A DNA stretch of 64,000 nt. It comes from the human T2T-CHM13v2.0 reference genome, Homo sapiens. The position numbers and the translations under genes are program-made. The notes under the pieces are model-generated. The model searched no databases, was not told where the DNA came from, and saw only the letters and a list, made by a program, of their open reading frames with translations. Shown here one piece after another: positions 27,922 through 42,100 of the stretch (position 1 is its first letter; each line of letters begins with the position of its first letter). The stretch is taken from the NCBI RefSeq assembly GCF_009914755.1, contig NC_060927.1; one strand, 5' to 3'.

Positions 27922-30900
27922 TGGTAGGGTGGAGCAAGATGGCAGAGTAGAAGCCTACACCGTTGGTCTCCCCAACTGGAAAAGCAAATTTTAACAATTA
28001 TCTGCACACGGAAAGGCACCGTCACAAGAACCAAAAATCAGACGAGCAATCGCAGTACCTGGTTTTAACATCATATGATGGAAAGAGGCATTGGGGATGG
28101 CAAGAGAGAATCTTGAATTGCAGAAGTCATCCCTTCCCCATCCCCCAACAGCATCTGTGCAGGGTACAGAGAGAGAATCTGTGCACTTTGCAGAGGGGGA
28201 GGGTGCAGGAACTGGAGGACTTTACATTGAACTCAGTGCTGCCCTGTCACAGCAGAGAATAAAGCTGTGCTGGAATCAGCCAATGCGCATGAACTGAGAG
28301 AGTATTTTGAACCGCCCTAGCCAGGGGGAAATTGCCCCTCCCAGCAGTCGGAATTTGAGTTTCTTGGCAGGCCTCAGGCTGAAGTGCTCTGGGGTCCTAG
28401 GTAAAATTGAAGGCAATCTAGGACAAAGGACTGCAATTCCTAAGCAACTACTAGTGTTAGGCTGGGCTTACAGCCAGTGAACTAGGACGGCACGTGACCT
28501 AGGGAGATACCAACTGTTATGGCTAAGGGAGGTCTTATGAGATCCCTACCCCAACTTCAGGCAGTGCCGCTCTTGGCTACAAAAGTGACTCCTTCCTTCT
28601 GCTCAAAGAGAGGAGAACAAAGAGTAAAGAAGATTTTGTCTTGCATCGTGGGTACAGCTCAGCCACAGTAAGATAAGGCACTGGGCAGAGTTACAAGGCT
28701 CCCACTCCAGGCCCTGGCTCCTAGGCAATATTTCTAGACACACCACGGGCAGAAAAGGAAGCTGCTGCCTTAAGGAGAAAACCTCAGTCCTGACAGGATT
28801 AATCACCTGCTGACTAAAGAGCCCTTGAGCCCTAAATAACCCCCAGTGATACCCAGGGAGTACTCTGTGGGCCTTGGGTTCTGAGATGTGCTAGCTTCAG
28901 GGCAGACCCAGCACATTCTCAGCTGTGCTGCCTATGGTGAAAGACTCCTCTTGTTTGAGAAAACCACAAGTAAAAGAGAAGGGGAATTTGTCTTGCACCC
29001 TATGTACCAGATTGGCCACAGGTGGGTAAAGCAACAAGCAGGCTCTTGGGGTCCCTATGTCCAGATCAAGGCTCTTGGACAGCATTTCAGGACCTGGCCT
29101 GAGCTAGAGGGAAGGCCGCAGCCCTGAAGGGTGAGTCCCAGGCCTAGTAACATTCGCCATAAGCTGACAGAAGAGCCCTTGCACTTTAAGTGATCATTGG
29201 CAGTCACCTGTCAGAAATCCTGTGGACTGGTGGAGGAGATAGTCACAGGGCAGAGCTCCTCTGCCTGTGGAAAGAGGAAGGAAGAGCGAAAAGGACTTAG
29301 TATTTTGTTTGAATGCCAGCTCTTAGCCATGGTAAAATAGAACACCAAGTAAAAGCTAAGATTTTTTTACTCCAGTTCCTATCTCCTAGACAGCATCTCT
29401 GTATATGTACAGGGCCTGGGGGAACTCATTACCCTGAAGCGAAGGGCCTTGGGCAGGGACCAGTGATGTGCTGACTTCAGATTTTTCCCAGCACAATGCT
29501 AGTGGTGGTGGCCATAGGGGTGCTTGCGTTACCACACTCCCAGTTCCAAGTGGCTCAGCACAAAGAGACTCTGTATGATTGGGAGAAAGTCAGGGAAAAG
29601 AACAAGAGTCTCTGCAATTCTTCAAGATCTTATCCAAGACTACCAAGGTGGTACCTCTTCAAGTTGCAAAACCACAGCAGTTCAGACTTGGAATCCAAGT
29701 CTGTTCAAATACCTGAAAAGCTTTCCCAAGAAAGACAAGCACAAACAAGCCCAAGCAGTGAAAACTGCAATAATTACCTAATTCTTCAAAGCCCCAACGC
29801 TGAAGAACACCTACAAGCATGAACACCATCCAAAAAAACATGTCCTCACCAAACAAACTAAGTACGGCACTAGGGATCAATCCTGGAGAAACAAGGGTAG
29901 GATATATAACCTTTCAGACACCAAATTCAAAATAGCTGGTTTGGGAAAACTCAGAGAAATTCAACATAACACAGAGAAGGAATTCAGAATTATGTCAGAC
30001 ATATTTAACAAAAAATTGAAATAATTTAGAAGAATCAAGCAAACGTTATAGAGATAAAAAGAGACGTTATAACTGTTACTGCAGAAATTCAAAGAATCAT
30101 TAGTGGCTACTATGAAAAACTACATGTCAATTAATTGGAAAATCCAGAAGAAATGGATACATTTCTAAACAAATACAATCTACCAAGATTGAATCACGAA
30201 GATCTCCAAAACCTGAACAGAACAATAACAAGTAACAAGATCAAATTCACAATAAAGTCTCCCAGTAAAGAAACACTTGAGACCTGACAGCTTCACTGCT
30301 GAATTCTGTGAAACACTTAAAGAAGAATTAATACCAATCCTACTCAAACTCTTCTGAAAAGTAGAGAGAGAGTGAATATTTGCAAACTCATTCAATGAAG
30401 CCAGTATTACCCTCATACCTAAACTAGACAAAGACACAACAAAAAAGAAAACTACAGACCAATATATCTGATCAACGTTGATGCAAAAATCCTCAACAAA
30501 ATACTAGCAAACCAAATTCGACAATACATTAAAGAAAATCATTAATCATGACCAAGTGGGATTTCTCCCAAGGATGCAAGGATGGTTCAACATATGCAAA
30601 TCAATCCGTGTGACCCATCATATCAACAGAATGAAGGACGAAAACCATATGATCATTTTAATTGATGCTGAAAAAGTACTTAATAAAGTTCAACATCCCT
30701 TCATAATAAAAATCTTGAAAAAACTGGGTATAGAAGGAACATACCTCAACATAATAAAAGCCATATATAATAGACCCACAGCTAGTATCATACTGAATGA
30801 GAGAAAATTAAAAGTCTTTCCTTTTAGATCTTCAATGAAACAAGGATACCCACTTTCACTACTGTTACTCAACATGGTAATGGAAATATTAGCTAGAGCA

Positions 30901-33074
30901 AGAAGATAGGAGAAATAAATAAAGGGCATCCAGCTTGGAAAGGAGGAAGTCAAGTTATTCTTGTTTGCAGATGATATAATCTTAAATTTGAAGAACCTAC
31001 CAAGAGTCCATCAAAACACTATTAGAACTGATAAATTCATTAAAGTCACAGGATACAAAATCAACATACGAAAATCAGTAGCATTTCTATATGGGAAAAG
31101 TAAACAATCTGAATGAGAAATTTAAAAAGTAATCCCATTTACAAAAGCCACACACACACAAATAAAATACCTAGGAATTAACTTAAACAAAGAAGTGAAA
31201 TATTTCTATAAACAATAAGTTAAATATCTGTTTATAATGAAAACTATAAAACAATAATGAGAGAAATTGAAGAAAACACACAAAATAAAAAGGTATTCCA
31301 TGTTAATGAACTGGAAGAATCAATACTGTTAAAATGTTCATACCACAAAAAGCAATCTACAGATTCAATACAATTCCTATTAAAGTATCAATGACATCCT
31401 TCACAGAAATGGAAAATACAATCCTAAAATTTTTGTGGGATCACAAAAGACCCAGATTTGCCAAGCCTGTCATGAGGAAAAGGAACAAAACTGGAGGAAT
31501 TGCATTATCTGTCTTCAAATTATTCTACAGAGCTATAATAACCAAAACAGCATAATACTTGAGTAGAAACAGACACATAGACCAATGAAACAGAATAAAA
31601 AACACGGAACAAATCCACACACCTACAGTGAACTCATTTTTGACGAAGGTGTGGAGAACATACACTGGGGAATATCTCTTCAATAAATGGTGCTGGGAAA
31701 ACTGGATATTAATATGCAGAAGAATGAAAATAGGTCCCAGTCTCTTACCATATACAAAAATGAAAACAATATGTATTAAAGACTTAAATATAAGACCTTA
31801 ATCTATGAAACTACTGCAGGAAAGCATTTGGGAAACTCTTCAGGGCATTAGATTCGGCAAAGACTTTTTGAGTCATACTCACCAGCACAGGCAACCAAAT
31901 CAAAAATGGACAGATGGAATTACATCAAATTTGAAACTTCTGCACAGCAAAGGAAACAATCAACAAAGTAAAGAACCAACCCAAAGAATGGGAGAAAATA
32001 TTTGCAGTCTACCCATCTGACAAGGGATTAATAACCAGAATATATGTGGAGCTCAAACAACTCTATAGGAAAAAAAATTAATAATCCAATTTAAAAATGG
32101 GTAAAATACTAGAATAGACATTTCCCGAAAGAAGACATATAACTGGCAAACAGACATATGAAAATGTGATCAACATTATTGATCATTACACAAATGCAAA
32201 TCAAAACTACAATCACGTTATCTCATCCCAGTTGAAATAGCTTATATCCAAAAGACAAGCTATAACAACTGCTGCTGAGAATGTGGAGAAAAGAGAACCC
32301 TCATATGCCGTTGGTGAGAATGTAAGTTAGTACAAACAGTATGGTGAACATTTTGGAGGTTTCTCAAATAATGAAAAATTGAGCTACCATGTGATCCAGC
32401 AATGCCACTGCTGGGTATATACTAAAATAAAGTAAATCAGCATATCAAAGAGATATCTGTGCTCTCATGTTTGTTGCAGCACTATTCGCAATCACAAAGA
32501 CTTGAAATCAACCTAAATTTCCATCAACAGATGAATAGATAAAGAAAATGTGGCATGTATACATGGTGGAGTACTATTCAGCCATAAAAAATAATGAGGT
32601 TCTGACATTTGCAACCACATGGAAGGAACTGGAGGTCATTATGTTAAGTGAAATAGGTGAAGCACAGAAAGGCAGACATCACAGGTTCTCATTTATTTGT
32701 AGGATCTAAAAAACAAAACAATTGAACTCATGGAGATAGATAATAGAAGGATGGTTACTAAAGGGTGGGAAGGGTAATGGAGGGACAGAGGGAAGTGGGG
32801 ATGTTTAATGAGTACAAAAAAATTGTAAGGAAAAATGAATAGTATTTGACAATGCAGGTGGGGGACTTAAGCCAATAATAATTGTATGTTTAAATATAAC
32901 TAAGAGAATATAATTGGATTGTACGTAATACAAAGGATGCATGCTTGAGAAAATAGATACCCAATTTTCTAACACGTGATTATTACGTATTGCATACATA
33001 TAGCAAAATATTTCATGTACCCAAAAATATACACACCTACTATGTAGCTACAGAAACTAAAAATTATTTTAATG
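27922..33074 (+). mobile_element. L1MA2/3-like element with both ends and TSD, but a large internal deletion
   Basis: 5' end 'ggtggagcaagatggcagagtagaagcc'; RT remnant (ORF 30556-30909, [24 protein letters not shown]); L1MA 3' end 'acacctactatgtagctacagaaactaaaaatt'; TSD aataatgtct at 27912-27921 and 33075-33084. Confidence 0.92.
30556..30909 (+). pseudogene. Dead L1 ORF2 reverse-transcriptase fragment
   Basis: Translation resembles L1 ORF2p ([26 protein letters not shown]...DAEKAFDKIQHPF); stops and frameshifts on both sides. Confidence 0.88.
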
Positions 33075-33490
33075 AATAATGTCTGACTTTCAGTCATAGA
33101 TTTCAAGATATTAAAATATAAACAAGGAAAAACAAAGGGACAGAAAACCTCAAATATATGTGTATTTTATATTATATATACATAAAATATTATTTTTAAT
33201 ATATGTATGTATATATAAACATATATATACATAAAATAAGCTGCACCAGAATAAGAGATGGCCCTATGTCATTAACCATCCAATGAAAACTTTAAAATAA
33301 TTATGATTAAAATATTTGTCTTTCAGTGTAGTGGGGAAAACAAAAAAGACAACATAAATAAACAGATAGCTCCAACAGAGGTGAAAACTACATGAAAGGG
33401 TCAAGTATTATACAAATATAGGGAAAAAATTTTGTGAAGACACACAGGAGAAAAATTCACTTGGTAGGCTCATAAGTAGATTCAAAATAG

Positions 33491-33685
33491 TTAATTAAAT
33501 AAGTAGTAAACTTAAAGATAGTTCAATAGAAATTAGCTGAACTGAAACACAAAGAGAGAAAAGATAGGGAAAGTAGCGAAAAGATTAAATAATTACATAA
33601 GTAGTAAACTTAAAGATAGGTTAATAGAAATTATCTAAACTGAAATACAAAGGGAGAAAAGATAGGGAAAAGGGCAAAGAGATTA
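33491..33685. repeat. Diverged 98-bp tandem duplication
   Basis: 'aagtagtaaacttaaagatag' at 33501 and 33599, each followed by 'aatagaaatta...aactgaaa.acaaag.gagaaaagatagggaaa'. Confidence 0.88.
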
Positions 33686-33855
33686 TCCAGAAGCTGTGCA
33701 AAATTTTAAGTGGTCTAGAAAGTATTTATTTGAGTTCTAGAAAAAGCAGGAAGAGAACATAGCAGAGTATATATTTGAAGTAATTTATGGTAGAGAACTT
33801 TCAAAAAATAATGAAAGACTTAAATAACATATTTAACAATCCCAATCAGGATAAA

Positions 33856-33922
<67 letters not shown>
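33856..33922. repeat. Compound (CT)n(AC)n microsatellite
   Basis: About 12 CT units followed by about 21 AC units. Confidence 0.95.
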
Positions 33923-33924
<2 letters not shown>

Positions 33925-34121
33925 TATGCAAAATCTGAATAGCAAACAGTAGTGGGTGGAGATAGAGAGGATGTACATTATGTATAAAAGACCAAATATC
34001 TGAATTACAGCAGACATTTTGCCAGGAATTATGGCAAGCTAGAAAATACCTCCAATGTGGTAAAAGTAAAAGCCTGTCATTTCAGAACCTTACACCCAAT
34101 AAAAATCTGTTTCAAAAATGA

Positions 34122-34433
<312 letters not shown>

Positions 34434-37400
34434 TAAAGACTTTTATAGACCAACAAAAGCTGGAAGTTCCTTGCCAGGAGACTTATGATGTGGGCAATGT
34501 TAAAGGAAGTTCTTCACACAGAAGAAAAGTGATACCAAGCAGAAATTAGTTTATGCTCCAGACATAATAAAAAAATAAAAATCAGTTTTTAAAAATACTT
34601 TTTATCTTTATTTTTAATGACATTGAGATACTTTATAGTCAAAGGGATAATTAATACAAATATAGGGCTTATTACATTCATAAATAAAATGTATAACAAT
34701 ACAAAGATTGTAAGGAAGGAACTGAAAATTTTGTAAATTTTACTATATATATTTGAAGTAGAATCAGATTATTGGAAAGTTTGTTTTGATTTACAAAAGA
34801 CCTATATTGCTAGTCCTAGGAAAATTGCAAACATTTATAAAAAGATATACCATTGAGAAAAGTAATCGTAAAAAATTCACAGTTAGTTTGAAAGCAGGAA
34901 GAAAAAGTAGAAAATTGGACAAAAAAAAGTAAGAGAAACAGAAAGTAAATAGGAAATGGTAGATTTTAATTCAAATGTGTGTATTGTTACATTGAATGTA
35001 ATAAACCCAAATAAAAGTTAGAGATTGTCAAATTGCATTAAAAACAAAACCAACTAAATCCTGCCTATGAGAAATCCACTGTAAGTATAAAAACATACAT
35101 AAGTTAAAAGTAAGGTGATTTCTAAAATAAAATATTGAAAAACTACGCCATGCAATCTATTTTAAAAAGGGAAATGAATACATCAATGTCCAAAACAAGT
35201 TAATTAAACTTGTAAAAGAACAAGGATAAGTAACTTGTTTGAGAAGAAAGATAAGGAGGAATGTTGCTTAATGATAAAGGGACCAATTCATGAAGAAGAC
35301 ATAAAAATTCTATACATGAATGAATGAATGAGTCAAAAAAGATCTTAAAAATGCATAAAGTAAGACAAATAGAATTGAGAGAATAGAGAAATACACAACT
35401 AAAGACACTAATAGTTCTCTTCCACTAGTTGATAGAACAAATAAACAGAAAATCAGTAAGTATGTAAAAGATCTAAGTAACACTATAACTGATTTGTCAA
35501 AAAAATTTACAAGAGAATGACACTAAATAAACCAATAGTAGAGATAAAATCGAGTAATAAAAAATACTCAGAAGAAATGAAGTAAAAATAAAAAGAACAG
35601 AGATAAGACAAATACAAAATGAATAACCAGATGGTATTTTAAAATACAGCTATATTACTAATATTACCAATTTGTATAAAAACTTAAAACAAAAGGCAGT
35701 TTATCAGATTAGGTTTTTTCAAAGCCAGCCCTTCTGTTTGCTGTCTACATAAAACTCAACTTTAAATATAATGACATAGATAGACTAAAATTAAAAGGAT
35801 AAGAAAAGATAACCAAGCAAAAGCTTTGACAGCAAGAGTTGCTATATTAATAAGAAAATAAATTTTAGAACAAACAGTATTATCAGAATGATAATCAAAC
35901 TACATAATGATTTCTGTAGGGGGTCAGTTCATTAAGAAAATGTAACAGTCCTTACCATTCATGCATCTAAATGCATAAAGCAAAAATGTATAGAACTAGA
36001 AAAGTGTATAGACAAATGCAGAATTATATATTAACACTTTTATCTCAGTATTTGTTACAACAGAAAGACAAAAAAATCTTATTAAAACATGACAGATTTA
36101 ACTATACTACCACCCAACCTAATCTAATGATATTTGTGTAACATGCCCATCAAACAACAGAAAAAAACACATGTACAAGTGCAAATGAACCTTTACCAAG
36201 ATAGAATATCTTCAGGGTCATAAATATAAATCCTCCACCAATGTAAAAAAAATACTTGAAATAATACAAAGTATGTTCTTTAAGCATATCATAATTAAGC
36301 TTGGAGTCAATAACAGATATCTAGAAAATCTTCAAATATTTAAAAATTTAAAAAATTCTAATGTGCTAATGAGTGAAAAGGAAAGTCGCAAGGAAATATT
36401 AATATTAAAATAAGTGAACTGAATGAAAGAAAGGTAACAACATTTGTGTGAAGCAACAAAAGTAGAGCTTAGAGGAAACTTTATAACATTAAATGCTTAC
36501 ATTAGGAAAGAAAAACTTATCAAAGTAATGATCTAAGAATTTTTCACATGAAAATTTGAGTGAGGAAAAAATTAAACACAAAGCAAGTATTTATAAGGGA
36601 ATAACAAAAATAACATAAATCAATAAATTCAAAATGACTAATAGAGAAAACCAATTCGTATAAAACATGGATCTTTGTAAAGCTCACTAAAATTGGTAAA
36701 CTATTGAAAAGACCATCTAACAGCAACCAAACAGAGAGTATACAGACATAAATTATCAACATTGGGAATGAAAGAGGAGCGTAACTGTAGATTTTAAAGA
36801 TTGCCTAAGTATAATAAGCAATTTTTATATTAAAAATTAAGAATGCAGATGAAATGAAAATAACCCCTTTAAAGACAAAATATTATGCCAAGCTCCATCT
36901 AGATGTAATAGGAATTGTGAATAATCTTACACCAATTAAGGTAATTAAATTTGTATTCAAAAACAATCCCAGGATTAAAACTCCAGGCCTAAACACTTAA
37001 ACTAGAAATACTACCATGTTTCCCATAAGACTGGGAACACTCACTATCTCACTGAAAATTCTAGCCAGGACAACAAGGTAAGAAAATTAAATAAAATTCA
37101 CAGAGATTGCAAAAAAATAAAAATAAACTTGCCTCCATTGGAAAATATGAGTGTCTACAAAGAATATTCCAAAGATTCTATGAAAAATATTATTAGAACT
37201 AATAAATGAATGTAGCAAAGTTATAAGATAGAAAATTTCTCCATGAAAGTCAATTGTATTTTTAAACTAGCAATGAACAAAATGAAAATAATTGTATGAA
37301 GTACCATTTAAAATAACACAAATCCATGAAATGTTTAGAAATAGATCTACCCAATTATTTGCAAGATTTGTATGTTGAAATATAAAAAAAGTTGATGAGA

Positions 37401-37682
37401 TCAAGCAAAAAATTTATATAAATGAAGAGATATACCATGTTCATAGATAACTCTATATTGTTAAGATGCCATTTTTCCCCAAATGGATTTAGAGTCAATA
37501 TAATTCCAGTAGAAACCAAAGCAGGCTTATTTTATTTTCTTTCATTTAATTAACAAGCAGATTCTAAAATTTATATAGAAAAGCAAAGAGTGTAGCATAA
37601 ACAAAACAATTCTGAAAACTTAAAACAACTTGAAGGTCTATACTTTCTGACTCAAAACACATTGTGAAGCTAAAGTAATCAA

Positions 37683-37941
37683 GGCCAGAGGCTGATGCAG
37701 AAGACCACTTGAGGCCAGGAGTTTGAGATCAACCTAGACAATATAGCAAGACTTCGTCTTTAAACAAAATTTAAAAATTAATTTAAATTACATTCCTGTA
37801 GTCATAGCTACACAGGAGGTTGAGGGTGGAGAATTGCTTGAGCCCAAGAGCTTGAGACTCTGGTGACTATAATCATGCCACTGCACTCCAGTCTGGAAAA
37901 AAAGGTGAAACCCTGTCTCCTAAAAAAAAAAAAAAAAAAAA
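37683..37941 (+). mobile_element. Degraded, 5'-deleted AluJ
   Basis: 'cacttgaggccaggagtttgagatcaacctagacaatatagcaagac', 'gcttgagcccaagag', poly(A); TSD-like taaagtaatca/taaagtaacca. Confidence 0.82.
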
Positions 37942-38362
37942 GTAAAGTAAAGTAACCAGTAAGTGTAGTATTGACAAATAGATAAATACAAAGGTCAATG
38001 AAACAAAATAGAGATTCAGGAAATAAAGTCACACTTGTGGGACAATTTATTTTAATAAAGGTGTAAAGGTAGTTCAATAAAAAATAAGATAATTTGAGCA
38101 ATACAGCAAGAAATTATGGACCTCCACAAGCAAATAAGTTAACCTTTATTTTATATCCTGCAACATATACAAAATACACAAGTAGATCATTGATCTAAAT
38201 GTAAAATTCAAAATTAATGTCTCCAAAAGCATAAGAGAAAATATTTGTGACCACAGATTAGGAAAAGACTTTTAGATATCACACTAAAACAAAACCAACG
38301 TAAGAAAGATTTGAAACACTGAACTTCATCAAAATTAAAACCATTGATTTTTAAATTTTTAC

Positions 38363-38613
38363 ATTTATTATTTATTTATTTATTTAGGTTGGGTCTCACT
38401 CTGTCACTCAGACTGGAGTGCAGCCTCAATCTCCAAGAATTAAGGGATCCTCCTATCTCAGCCATGCCCAGCTAATTTTTATTTCTTTTTTTTTGTAGAG
38501 ATGGGGCCCCACTATGTTGCCCAGGCTCATCTCACACTTTTGGACTCAAGTGATCTTTCCACCTAGACCCCTCAAAGTGCTGGTATTACAGGCATGAGCC
38601 ACAGAGCCCAGCC
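38363..38613 (-). mobile_element. AluJ, antisense, with internal deletions
   Basis: (ATTT)n tail; 'cactatgttgcccaggct', 'ggactcaagtgatc'; ends 'acagagcccagcc'. Confidence 0.85.
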
Positions 38614-39135
38614 AAAAAAACAGTTGTTTCTTAAAAGACACTATTACGCATATAAAAACTGAAGCCACAGATTGTGAGAAGATATTTGCTAATTGTATAT
38701 TTGATAAAGTACTGGTGTTTAGGATATAAAAAGAATGCTCAAAACTTAATAACAAATACCCCCTAAATCCAAAAAATGGACAAAAAATTTACACACTTGA
38801 CCAAAGCAAATACACAAATTATCACCAAAAGATTTTCAACATAACTAGTTATCAGGGAAATTCAAATAAATTGTAACCACTATAAGATGTCACAAATGGA
38901 TAAAACCTAAACCTGAGAATACAAAGTACTGATGAAAATATTGCAGTAACTTGAACTCTCATACATTGCTGGAATGAAAAATTGTATAATCACTTTGGAA
39001 AATGATTTGGCAATTTCTTATAAAGTTAAACATATATTTGCCAGGCAACCCAGCAACTCACTACCAGATGTTTATCCAAAAGAAAATGAAGATGTATATG
39101 TACACGAAAACCTGTACATAAAAATTTATAGCAAT

Positions 39136-42100
39136 TGTATTAGGCAGCAAAGCCTGCCCTAGAAAATATCATAAACAATGTAGATTAAACTATGGAAATA
39201 TATTTTCTCACAGTTTTGGAGGTTAGAAATTTAATGTCAATCTTCTGGCAGAGTCAGTTTCTGGTAAGGGCTCTTTTCCTGGCTTGCAGAGAGCCACTGT
39301 CTGTGTCCTGACATGGCCTTTGTTTTGGTGTATGCACATGGAGGTGGGGGAAGTTATCCGATGTCTCTTCTCCTAAGGAAACAAATTCTATTGCATCAGG
39401 GATCCTTTTATGAACTTATTGAATCTTAATTACTACCTCATATGACTCATCTGCAAATACAGCCACACTGAGAGTTAGGCCTTCAACATGTTTTGGGATG
39501 ACATAAACATTCAGTGCATAATATTCCACATCTGCTTGCCCCAAAATGTATATCCTTGTCAAATGCAAACTACATTTATTCCATTCTAACAGCCACAAGA
39601 GTCTTAACTCATTCCAGCATCAACTCTAAAGTCGCATGTCCGATCTTATCTAGACATCATTTAAATCAGATACAGGTGAGACTGAAGGCATAACTCATCC
39701 AGAGATAGAATTTCTTCTCCCCAGCCATAAACCTTTGAAAACAGACAAGTATGTGCTTCCAAAATGTCATTTAGGCCCTTTTGGTAGTAGTATCATATCC
39801 ATAAATCTGCATGGTGGCCCCACCCCTTCAGCTCAGAGGGGTAGCTCAGGCCCAATGTTTCCCTATGACAGCCCCATCCACATGGCTCTCTTTAGTGGTT
39901 GCCTAGCCTGCTGAAAATGAGGGGGATGACCCAGTGAAACTGAGAAGAAAGCAGGCTTATATCCAGGGTCTATAGCGAGAGTGGTAGCCCTGATGATCTC
40001 TGTATTACTTTCAGGATTATTCATCCATTATTTTTGAAAGATAAAGCATGTGTGCAGCCCATTAGCTCTATTTTCTCCTCCTGTAGAATCCAAGAAGTTA
40101 GATAAGCTTTTTTTTTATTGTATTTGATCTCATATTCTCTGTGCCCTTTAGTTCAAACTGGTAGTGTTTCTGATTATGTAATCCCATCTCTATTCCTGGC
40201 TTTTCCTGAGATGGATGGTTAAACTAATAAGTCACTCTCATGATCTGAGTATAGAATTATTGCTCAGTCACACTTTTAGCATTCTTATTGGAATATGCTT
40301 CCTCATTTTTTGGAATACAAATAGGCTGAGAATTTTTCCAAATCTTCTAATTCTGTTTCCATTTTGCTTAATGATTTATCTTTTCTCTTTCAATTTATTC
40401 TGCTCCTCTTACATTTTACTATCAGTAGTAAGAACAAACCATGCTGCTCCTTCAACACTTTGATTTGAAAGCTCCTCAGTTAAATATTCAATTTCAATGC
40501 TCCCAACTTCTACCTTCCAAAACACACTAGAACACAATTCAGTCAAGTTCTTTGACCCCTTTTAACAAGGATTGCTTTTCCTCCAGTTGCAAATAATATG
40601 TTTCTCATTTCCCTCTAAGACCTTGCCAAAATGGCCTTTGATGTCCATATTTTTGTCAATATTTTGTTTATGCTAATCTACATATTTTCTAAGACAATAG
40701 AGGTTTTCACTATACCTTTCCTGTTTTCTTTCTGAGCCCTCACCAGAATCATCTTTAACATACATGCTTTTACTGAAAGTCCCTTTAAGCCAATCTAGCC
40801 TTTTCTAGCATGCAACTCTGTATTAGTTCATTTTCACATTGCTAAAAGAACTATCTATGAGTGAGTAATTTATAAAGAAAAGAGGTTCAATTTACTCACA
40901 GTTCTGCATGGCTGTGGAAGCCTCAGGAAACTTACAATTGCAGGTGAGGGGGAAGCAAGGCACAACTTACATGGTGACAGGAGAGAGAGAGAGCTAAGCG
41001 GGAAGTGCCACACACTTTAAAACAACCAGATTTCATGAGACCTAACTTACTATCACGAGAACAGCATGAGGGAACCACCCCCCATGATTCGATCACCTCC
41101 CTGATTCAGGCCCCTCCCCTGACATGTGGAGATGATAATCCAAGATGAGATTTGTGTGGGGACAAAGAGTCAGACCATATTATTCCACCCCTGGTCCCTC
41201 CTAAATCTCATGTACATCTCACATTTCAAAACCAATCATGCCTTCCCAACAGTCCCCCAAACTCTTAATGCATTCCAGCATTAACTCAAAAGTCCAAGTC
41301 CAAGTCTCATCTGAGACAAGGCAAGTTCTTTCCGCCTATGATCCTGTAAAATTTTTTAAAAGTTAGTTACTTCTAAAATATAATAAGGGTACAGGCGTTG
41401 GGTAAATGCTCCCATTCCAAAAGGGAGAAATTGACCAAAACCAAGGGCTACAAGCCTCCAGGTAAGTCCAAAACCCAGCGGGGCAGTCCAGTCATTAAAT
41501 CTTAAAGCTCCAAAATAATCTTCTTTGACTCTAAGTCTTATATCCAGCACATGCTGTTACAAGAAGTGGAATCCCAAGGCCTTGGTCAGCTCCACCCCTG
41601 TGGCTCCGCAAGGTACGACCCCTGCAGCTGCTTTCACAGGCTGGTGTTGAATGCCTGTGGCTTTTCCAGGTGCACTGTGAAAGCTGTCAGTGGATCTACC
41701 ATTCTGGGGTCTGGAGGACGGTGGCCCTCTTCTCACAGCTCCACTAGGTAATACTCCAGTGGGGACTCTGTGTGGGGGCTCCAATCCCACATTTCTTCTC
41801 TGTACTGCCTTAGTAGAGGTTCTCCATGAGGGCTCCACCCCTGCAGCAGATTTCTTCCTGGACATTCAGGCATTTCCACACATCTTCTAAAATCTAGGTG
41901 GAGGTTCCCAAACCTCAATTATTGTCTTCTGTGCACCCACAGGCCCAAAACCACATGGAAGCTGCCAAGGCTTGGTTGGGGCTTGCACCCTTTGAAGCAA
42001 TGGCACAAGCTGTACCTTGGCCCCTTTTAGCAATGGCTGGAGCTGGAGTGGCTGGGACACAGGGCACCATGTCCCAAGGCTGCATAGAGAAGTGGGGCCT

